Part shown: one piece after another, positions 1 through 9,066 of the stretch
Layout: each line of letters starts with the position of its first letter
Position numbering within the stretch: position 1 is the stretch's first letter
Assembly (NCBI GenBank): GCA_031551135.1
Contig: JAVBOA010000010.1
Location: forward strand, 774-64,773
Direction: 5' to 3'
Length of the DNA stretch: 64,000 nt
DNA from: Eubacteriales bacterium
GTDB lineage: Bacteria; Bacillota; Clostridia; Lachnospirales; JAITVM01
Notes under the pieces: model-generated
Seen by the model: the letters and a program-made list of their open reading frames with translations, nothing else
Databases searched by the model: none
What the model was told of the DNA's origin: nothing
Program-made: the position numbers and the translations under genes

Positions 1-10
1 CATGTTTTTA

Positions 11-649
11 TTATTCGTTAGGAATACCCGTGGTATGCTGTTTGATAATGGCGAGTGAAGCAAGATGCTTTATGGATTTTCTTGTGATATTATTGTACCT
101 TTCTCCGGTAACAAATCGTAGGAAATCCTCATGTGATACCCAAAATACTTCGCGCACTTTGACAGCAGAAAGAGAATTATTTATAATCCATTTCCGGATA
201 CTCTCTTTACCGTATCCAGTGATTTTGCTTATATCTGATATTGAAAGCGCATCGCTATATTTTGACAAAACCCCTTCATAAAAGGTATGTATTTGCTTCG
301 CTATCTGAGCAGGTAGCTTCGAACATTGCTCTTTTTCGTGTTTATATCGTAAAGCTTCAGTGATTGGGATTTTGTAAAAATGTAACCGTCCCTCAATGCA
401 CTTTTCACATAATATACTTCCCGTTTTCAAGATTTTAGTCGCTGACGACCTGCAAACCCCGCAAATTTCACAGAATTGCTTTTCTGTTAAGTATTCAGGG
501 TATAGACCTTTGTCAAAATTCATATCATCATCCCTCGTATCCATATTGTCAATGGTAGGTAATATTGGGGATGATGGGTATTGTTCTCTTGCAGTTCTCT
601 TTTTTGTGCTGAAATTTGCTCTTTGTATCAGTTTTTCAAGAGTGCCCAT
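11..649 (-). CDS. DNA-binding protein with two excisionase/MerR-like helix-turn-helix modules, probably belonging to an integrated element
   Basis: 212-aa ORF. Two similar HTH-like segments (YLTEKQFCEICGVCRSSATKILKTGSI and ALSISDISKITGYGKESIRKWIINNSL), each followed by a short hydrophobic wing. A minus-strand ATG at 3..1 suggests another gene continues leftward. Lies next to a truncated tRNA. Confidence 0.45.
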   Translation of the reverse strand: MGTLEKLIQRANFSTKKRTAREQYPSSPILPTIDNMDTRDDDMNFDKGLYPEYLTEKQFCEICGVCRSSATKILKTGSILCEKCIEGRLHFYKIPITEALRYKHEKEQCSKLPAQIAKQIHTFYEGVLSKYSDALSISDISKITGYGKESIRKWIINNSLSAVKVREVFWVSHEDFLRFVTGERYNNITRKSIKHLASLAIIKQHTTGIPNE

Positions 650-777
650 AAATGCAGGGAAAAACTAAAAAAGAAGCTGCAAACCCCCGTTTTTACAAGG
701 TTTTCGGCTTCTCATAACTACCGTTATAAGGTGCTATTTTCCTTTTTGTTCTCTTAGCTTCTCGATAGTCCAAATCA

Positions 778-832
778 CTCGAAATCAAGTGTACCTTCAC
801 AGGTACCGTGGGTTCGAATCCCACCGCTTCCG
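778..832 (+). other. 3' fragment of a class II tRNA (tRNA-Ser, anticodon CGA): anticodon loop, long variable arm, T arm and 3' acceptor strand only; putative att site
   Basis: CTCGAAA loop, variable-arm hairpin GTACC-ttcaca-GGTAC, T arm GTGGG-TTCGAAT-CCCAC, 3' acceptor CGCTTCC plus G. No matching 5' acceptor (GGAAGCG), D arm or 5' anticodon-stem strand upstream. Confidence 0.6.
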
Positions 833-929
833 TCATCTGATGCACCTATTGGAATCCTAACCCCACGGTTTGGATGACGATAGGTGTTTTGTTATTTTCC
901 CTTATTTTATGCGGTTTCTGTCATCCACT

Positions 930-1038
930 TTTACTATTAGAACTGGAGACAATTTGTTGAAAAAAATTTCACAACAAAGCATTCCCCAAAACGCTCCGCT
1001 GTGAAATATTTTTTTATATATCAAAATGTAAATGGTAT
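930..1038 (+). repeat. Degenerate long-form copy of the palindromic intergenic repeat family
   Basis: Shares GAAAAAAATTTCAC...AACGCTCCGCTGTGAAATATTTTTTT...CAAAATGTAAATGGTAT with the copies at 12718 and 56160. The central hairpin is decayed. Confidence 0.6.
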
Positions 1039-1085
1039 TAGCTGTTTGTATCTTTCTTTGTTATCCAATTAATCCCATTCGAATA

Positions 1086-1646
1086 TTAAAATATCTTGAT
1101 TTTCAATCCGGTAAAAAATGTAATATATGCAATAAAAATAAAGACGCACAGACCCGCGAAAGAATACAAAAATATTATTGCTGTTTTAATTTTATTCTCA
1201 TCTTTCAGGAAAAAATATAAAATTCTATAAATCAATACACCGAGAAAACCTCCGATTGTATTTAAAATAATATCGTCTATATCAAAAGCGCCGATTGCAA
1301 AAATATACTGTATAATTTCAACAGCTAAACTTATCGCGCATGCTAAAAATACCGAATATAAAATATTTTTATTTTTTTTGAATATTTGCAAATATATGCC
1401 TAACGGCACAAATATAATAATATTGCCGATAACATTCATTATAGCAATCCAAATATTAAAATTAGTGCCGAAATATCGGTTTATTGTCTCAAAAGGAATC
1501 AAATTATAATTTCTAATTCTTTCAGAATTAAAAAGCTCAAGCGGTGAAATATATTTAAAAAATAATATTTTCACAAGCAAAAAAATATACAAAATAAGAA
1601 ATAAATAAAACAAAATTCGTTTTATATTAGAAAAATCTTTTGACAT
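1086..1646 (-). CDS. VanZ-like family membrane protein
   Basis: 186 aa, multiple TM segments, C-terminal FDIDDIILNTIGGFLGVLIY resembling the VanZ D-x-D-D...N-x-x-G-G signature. Confidence 0.65.
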   Translation of the reverse strand: MSKDFSNIKRILFYLFLILYIFLLVKILFFKYISPLELFNSERIRNYNLIPFETINRYFGTNFNIWIAIMNVIGNIIIFVPLGIYLQIFKKNKNILYSVFLACAISLAVEIIQYIFAIGAFDIDDIILNTIGGFLGVLIYRILYFFLKDENKIKTAIIFLYSFAGLCVFIFIAYITFFTGLKIKIF

Positions 1647-1676
1647 CGCTGTCCCCTTCGCATCATTAAAACCAAA

Positions 1677-2771
1677 TCACACATTAAAGCGGAACAAAAT
1701 AACATCGCCGTCTTTAACAATATATTCTTTGCCTTCAAGACGAACAAGACCTTTTTCTTTGCAAAGATTGTAATTTCCAAATAAAACGAGGTCATCATAA
1801 TTTACTATTTCCGCGCGGATAAAGCCGCGTTCAAAATCGGAATGTATTTTTCCGGCGGCACCGGGCGCTTTTGTACCGGCTTTTATTGTCCAAGCTCGAA
1901 TTTCTTTCGGGCCTGCGGTTAAAAAGCTGATTAGTCCCAAAAGTTTATAAGAGGCTTTTACAAGCCGATCCAAGCCGCTTTCGGAAACGCCAAGCTCCTC
2001 AAGAAACATGCGTTTTTCGTCATTATCAAGCTCTGCAATTTCCTCTTCTATTTTTGCGCAGACCACAAAAACTTCTGAGCCGTCGTTTTCCGCTAAATCC
2101 TTTACTTTGCGTACATATTCATTTTCCGCACCGTCGTTAATCAAATCCGTTTCCAAAACATTTGCGGCGTAAAGAACTTTTTTGAATGTTAAAAGGTTGT
2201 ATTCCTCAACAATTTCCAATTCCTCGGCCTCAAACGAAATATTTCGGGCAATTATCCCGTCTTCGAGATTTTTTATAAGCTTTTGCAATAATTCAAATTC
2301 TTTCTGCAAAGTCTTATCGTTTTTCACCGTGCGGTTTATTTTAGAAAATCTGCGTTCCAAAACCTCCAAATCAGAGAATATCAGTTCAAGATTAATTGTT
2401 TCGATATCTCTAATCGGGTCGACTGTATTATCAACATGAGTTATATTTTCGTCGTCAAAACAACGGACAACATGAACAATCGCATCCACTTCACGAACAT
2501 GCGATAAAAACTGATTTCCCAAGCCCTCGCCTTTGCTGGCTCCGCGAACAAGTCCGGCTATATCAACAAATTCAATAATAGCGTTTGTGATTTTTTCGGA
2601 TTTATATATTTCGTCAAGCTTGTATAATCTATTATCCGGAACATTGACAATACCCACATTCGGATTTATTGTACAGAAAGGATAGTTTGCGGATTCAGCT
2701 CCGGCTTGTGTAAGCGAATTAAAAAGCGTGGATTTACCGACATTTGGCAAACCGACAATTCCCAGTTTCAT
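1677..2771 (-). CDS. ychF: Redox-regulated ATPase YchF (Obg-family GTPase-like)
   Basis: MKLGIVGLPNVGKSTLFN P-loop, DIAGLVRGASKGEGLGNQFL, C-terminal TGS-like RAWTI...GFIRAEV. Start moved to M23 (ATG 2771), which has a GGAAGGAAG RBS. Confidence 0.9.
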   Translation of the reverse strand: MKLGIVGLPNVGKSTLFNSLTQAGAESANYPFCTINPNVGIVNVPDNRLYKLDEIYKSEKITNAIIEFVDIAGLVRGASKGEGLGNQFLSHVREVDAIVHVVRCFDDENITHVDNTVDPIRDIETINLELIFSDLEVLERRFSKINRTVKNDKTLQKEFELLQKLIKNLEDGIIARNISFEAEELEIVEEYNLLTFKKVLYAANVLETDLINDGAENEYVRKVKDLAENDGSEVFVVCAKIEEEIAELDNDEKRMFLEELGVSESGLDRLVKASYKLLGLISFLTAGPKEIRAWTIKAGTKAPGAAGKIHSDFERGFIRAEIVNYDDLVLFGNYNLCKEKGLVRLEGKEYIVKDGDVILFRFNV

Positions 2772-2920
2772 AAAGTTTTCTTCCTTCCAAAAATTTATAT
2801 ATGTCAAAAAAATATCAATATAATATACCATTGGCACAAAATTTATGCCCTTCTGAATTTTGATTATACTTTAAAAAGATTCAAATTACAATCATTCCGG
2901 AAGCATAAAAAAACTATCTG

Positions 2921-2954
2921 ACAGTATTTCCATTTTTAAGAACGGAAATAGTAT
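2921..2954. repeat. Mini-form palindromic repeat
   Basis: ACAGTATTTCCA-ttttaagaa-CGGAAATAGTAT. The arms match the family terminal repeat ATACTATTT(T/C)CA. Confidence 0.6.
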
Positions 2955-2974
2955 CGAATAGTTTGATTTTCTCG

Positions 2975-3643
2975 CTAATGATACCATTCGGAAGGCACCG
3001 AATTAGAAATATTTTCTCCAAGATTTTCTCTCACAATCTCACGCTTTGCCTGTATCGCCACAACTTTATATTGGATTTCAAATATACTGTCCAATTCAAA
3101 ATTCCGCAATTCGGATTTTGAGCCGTGTTCTTCGTGATTCCCGCCAAACTCGCTGATTAACTCGAGATATATTTCGCTCAAAGGAATAATAGAATTCGGC
3201 TTGAGCATGGCATAATATGAATCGTTTATTTTTACCCATTTATTATTATTGTCCAAGCTCATATTAATCCGCATTACTTCATCAAGCCTTTTATCGCCAA
3301 AATACCAGATACCGTTTTCAAAATAATAATCATTTGTAAATTGTTTCGGCGGGTCTTTCGGCAAAATACCTTTTGCAGAATCCTCGAAAGAAATCTGCAA
3401 AATACAACTTTTCGAGCCTTTATTAGAAATCTTGGCAAGGCCGGTGTCGTTTAATAGAATTTTTTCTCCGGGCATTTTATTGCTGGCTGTAATGAGTTCA
3501 GATACCGCAGTATCTGTTATAGATGTCGACACATCTATCGGTTTTACATTCATCCGAAAATACAATGAATAAGCAACAGATACGGCTATTAATATCATTA
3601 ACAAAGCAGCAATAAGTGCATACAAACGCTTATTACCTTTCAT
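2975..3643 (-). CDS. Hypothetical membrane-anchored protein
   Basis: ORF with N-terminal hydrophobic anchor (LYALIAALLMILIAVSVAYSLYF). Start set at MKGNK (ATG 3643), preceded by a GGGGGGAG RBS. No recognisable motif. Confidence 0.5.
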   Translation of the reverse strand: MKGNKRLYALIAALLMILIAVSVAYSLYFRMNVKPIDVSTSITDTAVSELITASNKMPGEKILLNDTGLAKISNKGSKSCILQISFEDSAKGILPKDPPKQFTNDYYFENGIWYFGDKRLDEVMRINMSLDNNNKWVKINDSYYAMLKPNSIIPLSEIYLELISEFGGNHEEHGSKSELRNFELDSIFEIQYKVVAIQAKREIVRENLGENISNSVPSEWYH

Positions 3644-3831
3644 TAATGCTCCCCCCAAAAATATAGTTATTTTTTATAAATCAAAACAAATTTCGTTTAT
3701 ATGAATCGATAGATAGAGCAGAGAGTTCTGCAATTTAATGTTAATATAAATAAATAACATAATGATTACTTTATCGATTCTATAAAAAATAACGGTATTA
3801 TTTTTGAGAATGGGGTTCCGTTTGTAATATA

Positions 3832-4545
3832 TTATAAATTCAAAATATCTCTGATTACCTGAGAGGCGATAATTATTCCGGCCACGGACGGCACAAAAGG
3901 ACTGCTTCCGATAATTTTACGTTTTTTATTCAGAGTCGTTTCGTCGGAATCGCCGCAATCAATCGGGATTTCTGTAGAATAAACAACTTTAAGTTTTTTG
4001 ATATTCCGCGCCTTCAACTCTTTGCGCATAACTTTTGCAAGCGGACAAACGCTGGTTTTATAAATATCGCTGACCATGAGTTTGCAAGGGTCTAGCTTAT
4101 TTCCCGTACCCATAGAGCTGATTAACGGAATATTGAGATTTTGACTGATTTCCGCAAGCATAATTTTTGAAGAAATTGTGTCGATCGCATCTACCATATA
4201 ATCAAATTTTTCGTAATTTAATAAATCCTCTGTATCTTTCGTATAAAAAAAATCATATTTATTTATTTTCGCATTCGGGTTTATTTCGATTATACGCTGT
4301 TCGGAAACATCGGTTTTTCTTTGTCCGATTGTTTTGTGAGTTGCTATCAATTGGCGGTTAAGATTTGTAATACTGACAAAATCGTTATCAATCAAAGAAA
4401 ATTCGCCTATTCCGGCACGGCAGAGCGCTTCAGTTACAAAAGAGCCGACACCGCCCAGCCCGAAAATCGCTATATGCTTTGATTGTAATTTTTTTATATT
4501 TGATTCACCGATTATCAATTCTGTTCTGGAAAATTCGTTTAACAT
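3832..4545 (-). CDS. tcdA: tRNA threonylcarbamoyladenosine dehydratase (ThiF/MoeB-family, TcdA/CsdL-like)
   Basis: IAIFGLGGVGSFVTEALCRAGIGEFSLIDNDFVSITNLNRQ Rossmann/ThiF signature. About 237 aa, typical of TcdA. The start (GTG 4554 or ATG 4545) is uncertain. Confidence 0.75.
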   Translation of the reverse strand: MLNEFSRTELIIGESNIKKLQSKHIAIFGLGGVGSFVTEALCRAGIGEFSLIDNDFVSITNLNRQLIATHKTIGQRKTDVSEQRIIEINPNAKINKYDFFYTKDTEDLLNYEKFDYMVDAIDTISSKIMLAEISQNLNIPLISSMGTGNKLDPCKLMVSDIYKTSVCPLAKVMRKELKARNIKKLKVVYSTEIPIDCGDSDETTLNKKRKIIGSSPFVPSVAGIIIASQVIRDILNL

Positions 4546-4564
4546 TATGACCACTTTCTAATTT

Positions 4565-4606
4565 ATACTATTTACATTTTTATATCTTTTAGAATGGAAA
4601 TAGTAC
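4565..4606. repeat. Mini-form palindromic repeat
   Basis: ATACTATTTACA-tttttatatcttttagaa-TGGAAATAGTAC. Near-identical in layout to the copy at 52532. Confidence 0.7.
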
Positions 4607-4623
4607 TGGCATTATAGTAATTT

Positions 4624-4938
4624 TTATTGTTCGGATTTTTCTATATACTCAAAATCTATCGGCGAAAGCGGCTTTTCTTTCGGCAATAAAAAAAGAGTTT
4701 GTCTGTTTTCGACCGATACTGTTGGCACTACGCTCGGCGAAGCCGGATTTTCTTTTTGAATACTTTCAGTTGCCGCTACTGCTTTTTCTTCGCTGAAAAA
4801 CATTTCGGTAGCGTAATTATATGTGAATATCGAGCCGATTGTAAATAGGCAAATAACAATAGCATAGCTCATTCCGTTGCCTTTTTTCTGCTTCATGGCT
4901 TTGGTTCGCTTCTTTTTCCATTTGGATTCTTTTTTCAT
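4624..4938 (-). CDS. Hypothetical small membrane protein with a basic N-terminus
   Basis: Start at MKKESKWKKK (ATG 4938, RBS AAAGGGGTG). One TM segment (YAIVICLFTIGSIFTY). No recognisable family. Confidence 0.45.
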   Translation of the reverse strand: MKKESKWKKKRTKAMKQKKGNGMSYAIVICLFTIGSIFTYNYATEMFFSEEKAVAATESIQKENPASPSVVPTVSVENRQTLFLLPKEKPLSPIDFEYIEKSEQ

Positions 4939-5058
4939 TTTGCACCCCTTTCGCTTATAATTAATACAACTATACAATATTAGGAAAGAATTGTCAAAAA
5001 AATCTAGGGAATAAAAAATCCCCTTATCGAATAATTCGACAGGGGAGAGGATTATATT

Positions 5059-6084
5059 CTATTTACCGCCGTATCTTGTATACGCTTCTTGAGCATTTTC
5101 CGGCGTAATCAATTCTGTACCAAGTGTAATCATTTTTTCCAATTGTTGCTTTTCAACCAAAAGTTTGTACGCGCTTTCCATCGCTTCTTTACCGCCTGTT
5201 GGATAAACAAGAGTCAAATCCATTCTCCCGTCGATAACAGATTTAATTCCGCCGTCCGGAGTCGGAAGTCCATCGAATCCAACAAATTTAATATTGCCTT
5301 CACGTCCCATATTTTTTGCAGCGATATACGCGCCCTCTGTCATTGGGTCGTTCAATGTAATAATAAGGTCAACTTCCGCATTTGTTTGAAGCATTTCTTC
5401 AGCAACAGTTATTGCTTTTTCTCTCAGCCAGTCAGCATTATTAACGCCGACGATTTCTACTTTTGGATTGCCTTTGATTCCTTCACGGAAACCGTTGTCA
5501 CGGTCAATACCGCCGGATGTTCCTTCCAAGCCTTTGATTTCCAAAACTTTTCCGCCGTCCGGAAGAAGTTTTTCAGCAACATATTTACCGGCTTCGCGTC
5601 CCATCAAAACATTGTCCGCGCCGATAAATTGTGTATAAGCTTCGCCTTCGATTTTTCTGTCGAGAAGAATAACCGGAATGCCTGCTTCATGAGCTTTTGT
5701 AATTACATTAGTAAGCGGTTTTGCTTCGTTCGGAGATGTAATCAAAAGGTCTACGCCCATTTGTATAAAGTTTTCTATGTCCGCAATTTGTTTGGAATTA
5801 TCTTGTGCAGCATCAGCATAAATTACTTCGAACATTGGATAATCTTTCGCTGCCATAGCAATTTGGTCGTTCATTGCAACACGCCAAGGTTCACCAAGAT
5901 TACACTGAGACATACCGATAATAAACTTATCTTTTGTTTCGGTTTTTCCTTCGTCAGCAGACGCTTGAGTTGTAGTTTCGGCAGCTGTGCTTGCGTTTGT
6001 TGTAGCATCACCGGTTCCGCCGCATGCTGTAAATAAAGAAGCGGAAAATGTTACGGCCAAGATTAATGCTAAAAATTTTTTCAA
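5059..6084 (-). CDS. Sugar ABC transporter substrate-binding lipoprotein (ribose/RbsB-like, periplasmic binding protein type I)
   Basis: Lipobox LFTAC, Thr/Ala-rich linker, PBP-I pattern (IIGMSQCNLGEPWR, LLITSPNE, PVILLDR). Lies in an operon with the permease and ATPase. Confidence 0.85.
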   Translation of the reverse strand: MKKFLALILAVTFSASLFTACGGTGDATTNASTAAETTTQASADEGKTETKDKFIIGMSQCNLGEPWRVAMNDQIAMAAKDYPMFEVIYADAAQDNSKQIADIENFIQMGVDLLITSPNEAKPLTNVITKAHEAGIPVILLDRKIEGEAYTQFIGADNVLMGREAGKYVAEKLLPDGGKVLEIKGLEGTSGGIDRDNGFREGIKGNPKVEIVGVNNADWLREKAITVAEEMLQTNAEVDLIITLNDPMTEGAYIAAKNMGREGNIKFVGFDGLPTPDGGIKSVIDGRMDLTLVYPTGGKEAMESAYKLLVEKQQLEKMITLGTELITPENAQEAYTRYGGK

Positions 6085-6183
6085 GATTATTTCCTCCTTT
6101 AATTTTTAAATTATTATGTTTTGAAAAACTTTTCAAAAACTACATATGTAAAGCCGACTTTCTAAACAGCCGGATTCATATGA

Positions 6184-7170
6184 TTAATCAGTTGTTTTTT
6201 CTGCTTGCATAAATACCGCCAAAATCAGAATTAAACCTTTTACGATAAGCTGGATATTCGAGTTTATTCCGTTAAGTCCCATAATATTGTCGATAAGCCC
6301 GAGAATAATCGCGCCGACTACCGTTCCGGCAATCGTTCCTTTACCGCCGGAAAGCGAAGTTCCGCCGATACAAACTGCGGCAATTGCGTTTAATTCGTAG
6401 CCTTGACCGTCGTTAGGTCCGCCTTGACCGACTTGCGCCGCATGAATCATTCCGGCGAGAGCCGCCAAAATACCGCTCAGCACAAAAACCCAGATTGTAA
6501 CTCTATCAACTTTTATTCCCGAAAGAAATGCCGCTTTTTTATTTCCGCCTGTAGAATAAATTTGCCTACCGAATTTTGTATTATTAAGGACAATTGAAAA
6601 TATTGCAGCCACAACAACGAATATTATTGCCGGAACAGGAATCAATCCGCCGATTCGGCTTTGCAAAACTTCGTATGCTTTTGGTGCCAGACCTCCACCG
6701 TCACCGTAGCTTAAAGGGATTCCCGCACCGTTCGCCCAAATTCTTGCAAGTCCGCGGGCTATACCCATCGAGGCAAGTGTAACCAAAAAAGGCTGCATTT
6801 TCATTTTTGTGATTACAATTCCGTTAAAAAGTCCGTAAGCCGCACCGATTAACGAGCCAACGATAATTGTCGGAATAAAACCGAAATTATGCTGCATCAT
6901 GAGAGCCGCGCATCCCGTGCCGACCAAACCCAAAACAGAACCGACCGAAAGGTCTACGCCGCCGAGCAAAATTACCATGCACATTCCAACAGCGATTATA
7001 CCGTTTTCTGAAACAGCGCGCAAAACATTCATTAAATTTCTCATATCGAGAAATAAATTTTTTCCTCCTTTGATACAAACCACGGAGGCTATCGCAAATA
7101 TTATAACAAGTCCGAAAATACTTTGAAATTTTTTTATATATTCAAAAGAAGTTTTCTTTGTATCAGACAT
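6184..7170 (-). CDS. Sugar ABC transporter permease (RbsC/AraH family)
   Basis: 328-aa polytopic protein. GGIDLSVGS, MQPFLVTLASMGIARGLA and TGGNKKAAFLSGIKV are typical of the family. Confidence 0.85.
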   Translation of the reverse strand: MSDTKKTSFEYIKKFQSIFGLVIIFAIASVVCIKGGKNLFLDMRNLMNVLRAVSENGIIAVGMCMVILLGGVDLSVGSVLGLVGTGCAALMMQHNFGFIPTIIVGSLIGAAYGLFNGIVITKMKMQPFLVTLASMGIARGLARIWANGAGIPLSYGDGGGLAPKAYEVLQSRIGGLIPVPAIIFVVVAAIFSIVLNNTKFGRQIYSTGGNKKAAFLSGIKVDRVTIWVFVLSGILAALAGMIHAAQVGQGGPNDGQGYELNAIAAVCIGGTSLSGGKGTIAGTVVGAIILGLIDNIMGLNGINSNIQLIVKGLILILAVFMQAEKTTD

Positions 7171-8686
7171 TTTGAGTCACCTCCACTTTTGTAGCCGCCA
7201 TCAAAAGTTTTTCCTGTGTCACTTCACTGCGGCTGAATTCGCCTGTCAAATTCCCTTCACAAAAAGCTACAATCCTATCGGAAAGCCCGATTAATTCCGG
7301 CATTTCGGAAGAAACAACAAGTATTGCAATTCCTTGTTTCGCAAGGTCGTTTATAAGTTTATAAATTTCGGATTTCGCACCGACATCGATTCCTCTCGTC
7401 GGTTCATCCAAAATCAGAAGTTTAGGACCCATCAAAAGCCATCTGCCCAAAACAACTTTCTGCTGATTTCCGCCGGATAAATTTCCTGCCAAAGTTTTGA
7501 CGCTTGGAGCTTTTATGCGTAAATCATTTTTTTCTTTTTCCCAGCTGTTTTGCTCACGGATTTTATCCATGAATCCGAATTTCGAAAAATAATCCAAAAG
7601 CGGAAGCGAAATATTTTCGCCGATAGAACGCAGCAGAACAAGCCCTTGGTCTTTTCTGTCTTCGGTAGCGAATGCGATTTTATTTCTGATAGACTCCCGA
7701 GGATTTTTTAGATCAACCTCTTTCCCCTCTATAAAAATTTTGCCGCTTGTGTATTTTCCATGAACCCCGAAAATACATTCGCAAAACTCGCTTCTGCCTG
7801 CGCCCATCAATCCGGCAATCCCCAAAACTTCGCCCGCTCGTATATTCAATGATATATTGTTTAATTTTCGTCTGAAACTAGATGCAGGCGGATTAAAACA
7901 AAGATTTTCTACCCTCAGTACTTCATCGCCCGGCTTTGTCTCTTCCTTTTGGAAAAGATTTTTTATATCTCTGCCGACCATCATCCGCACAATTTCCTCT
8001 TCCGACGAATTTTCGGTTTTTACGGTTCCGATATATTGACCGTCCCGCATTACCATCAACCTGTCGGATATTACAAAAACTTCTTCCATTCGGTGGGTTA
8101 TGTAAATAATCCCGACACCGTTTGATTTTAATTTATTTATAATTTTAAATAAATGCTCTGTTTCGGCTTTGCTGATAGCCGAAGTCGGTTCATCCATAAT
8201 AAGCAATCTGGAATTTAAAGAAAGTGCTTTTGCGATTTCGACCATCTGCTGTTCGCCCACGCGCAAATCTTTTATAAGAGTATTCGGGTCTATCGAAATT
8301 TCCAATTGGCTCAAATATTTTTCGGCCTCTTTTCGCATAAATGCTTTATCCACAAATCCGAATTTTGCTGTTTCCCGACCCATAAACATATTTTCATAAA
8401 CCGGAACATAAGGCACTAATTGCAATTCCTGATGAATTTTCGCAATCCCCAGTCTTTGCGCATTTAGCGGAGTTTTCAAATAAACTTCTTTTCCGTCGAG
8501 CAGAACATTTCCCTCAAAATTAGAAATACCGCCCGATAGGATATTCATCAAAGTCGATTTTCCGGCACCATTTTCACCCATCAGCGCAAGAACTTCGCCC
8601 GAATTTAAATCAAGGGAAACGTTTTTTAGAGCGGCTACCGAACCGAAGCTTTTTGAGATATTATTCATTTTTAATAATTGTGCCAA
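7163..8686 (-). CDS. Sugar ABC transporter ATP-binding protein, duplicated ATPase (RbsA/MglA type)
   Basis: Two NBDs: GENGAGKST Walker A with LLIMDEPT, and a second signature LSGGNQQKV with LLILDEPTRGIDV. The stop overlaps the permease start. Confidence 0.9.
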   Translation of the reverse strand: MAQLLKMNNISKSFGSVAALKNVSLDLNSGEVLALMGENGAGKSTLMNILSGGISNFEGNVLLDGKEVYLKTPLNAQRLGIAKIHQELQLVPYVPVYENMFMGRETAKFGFVDKAFMRKEAEKYLSQLEISIDPNTLIKDLRVGEQQMVEIAKALSLNSRLLIMDEPTSAISKAETEHLFKIINKLKSNGVGIIYITHRMEEVFVISDRLMVMRDGQYIGTVKTENSSEEEIVRMMVGRDIKNLFQKEETKPGDEVLRVENLCFNPPASSFRRKLNNISLNIRAGEVLGIAGLMGAGRSEFCECIFGVHGKYTSGKIFIEGKEVDLKNPRESIRNKIAFATEDRKDQGLVLLRSIGENISLPLLDYFSKFGFMDKIREQNSWEKEKNDLRIKAPSVKTLAGNLSGGNQQKVVLGRWLLMGPKLLILDEPTRGIDVGAKSEIYKLINDLAKQGIAILVVSSEMPELIGLSDRIVAFCEGNLTGEFSRSEVTQEKLLMAATKVEVTQNV

Positions 8687-8860
8687 AATTTTTCCCCCTC
8701 TGTATCAATTTCTGTTTATTTTTATATAATTTGAATTATATCAATTTGATTTTTAAAAGTATTTATAAAAAACAGCACTCTGTTTACAAATTTTTGTATA
8801 TATACTTACAAATGATTAGATTTACTGTATAGCAATTTAACAAAATATTAACTATTACTA

Positions 8861-8898
8861 ATACTATTTTTTTCTATTCTTTAAAAGGGAAATAGTAT
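8861..8898. repeat. Mini-form palindromic repeat
   Basis: ATACTATTTTTTTCTATTCTTTAAAAGGGAAATAGTAT. Confidence 0.65.
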
Positions 8899-9066
8899 AT
8901 GCAACATTTTCGTTACATAAATTCGACAAAATCAAAACACAAATGCAAATCAAATGAAAACGCATCGAAACCGCATTGACATAAATTGGGTTTATAATTA
9001 ATTTATCGATTTTATAATCTGAATAGTCGAAAAAAAGCATTCTACACAAAGGGGAGATTATGCACT

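Noticed and set aside
778-832. A complete tRNA-Ser gene
   Set aside because: No 5' acceptor strand (GGAAGCG), D arm or 5' anticodon-stem strand exists in the preceding 60 nt. Only the 3' portion is present.
5089-6036. 315-aa plus-strand ORF
   Set aside because: Lies entirely antisense to the well-supported sugar-binding lipoprotein gene. Its composition is Cys/Phe/Asn-rich and low-complexity, with no RBS or motif. It is a shadow ORF.
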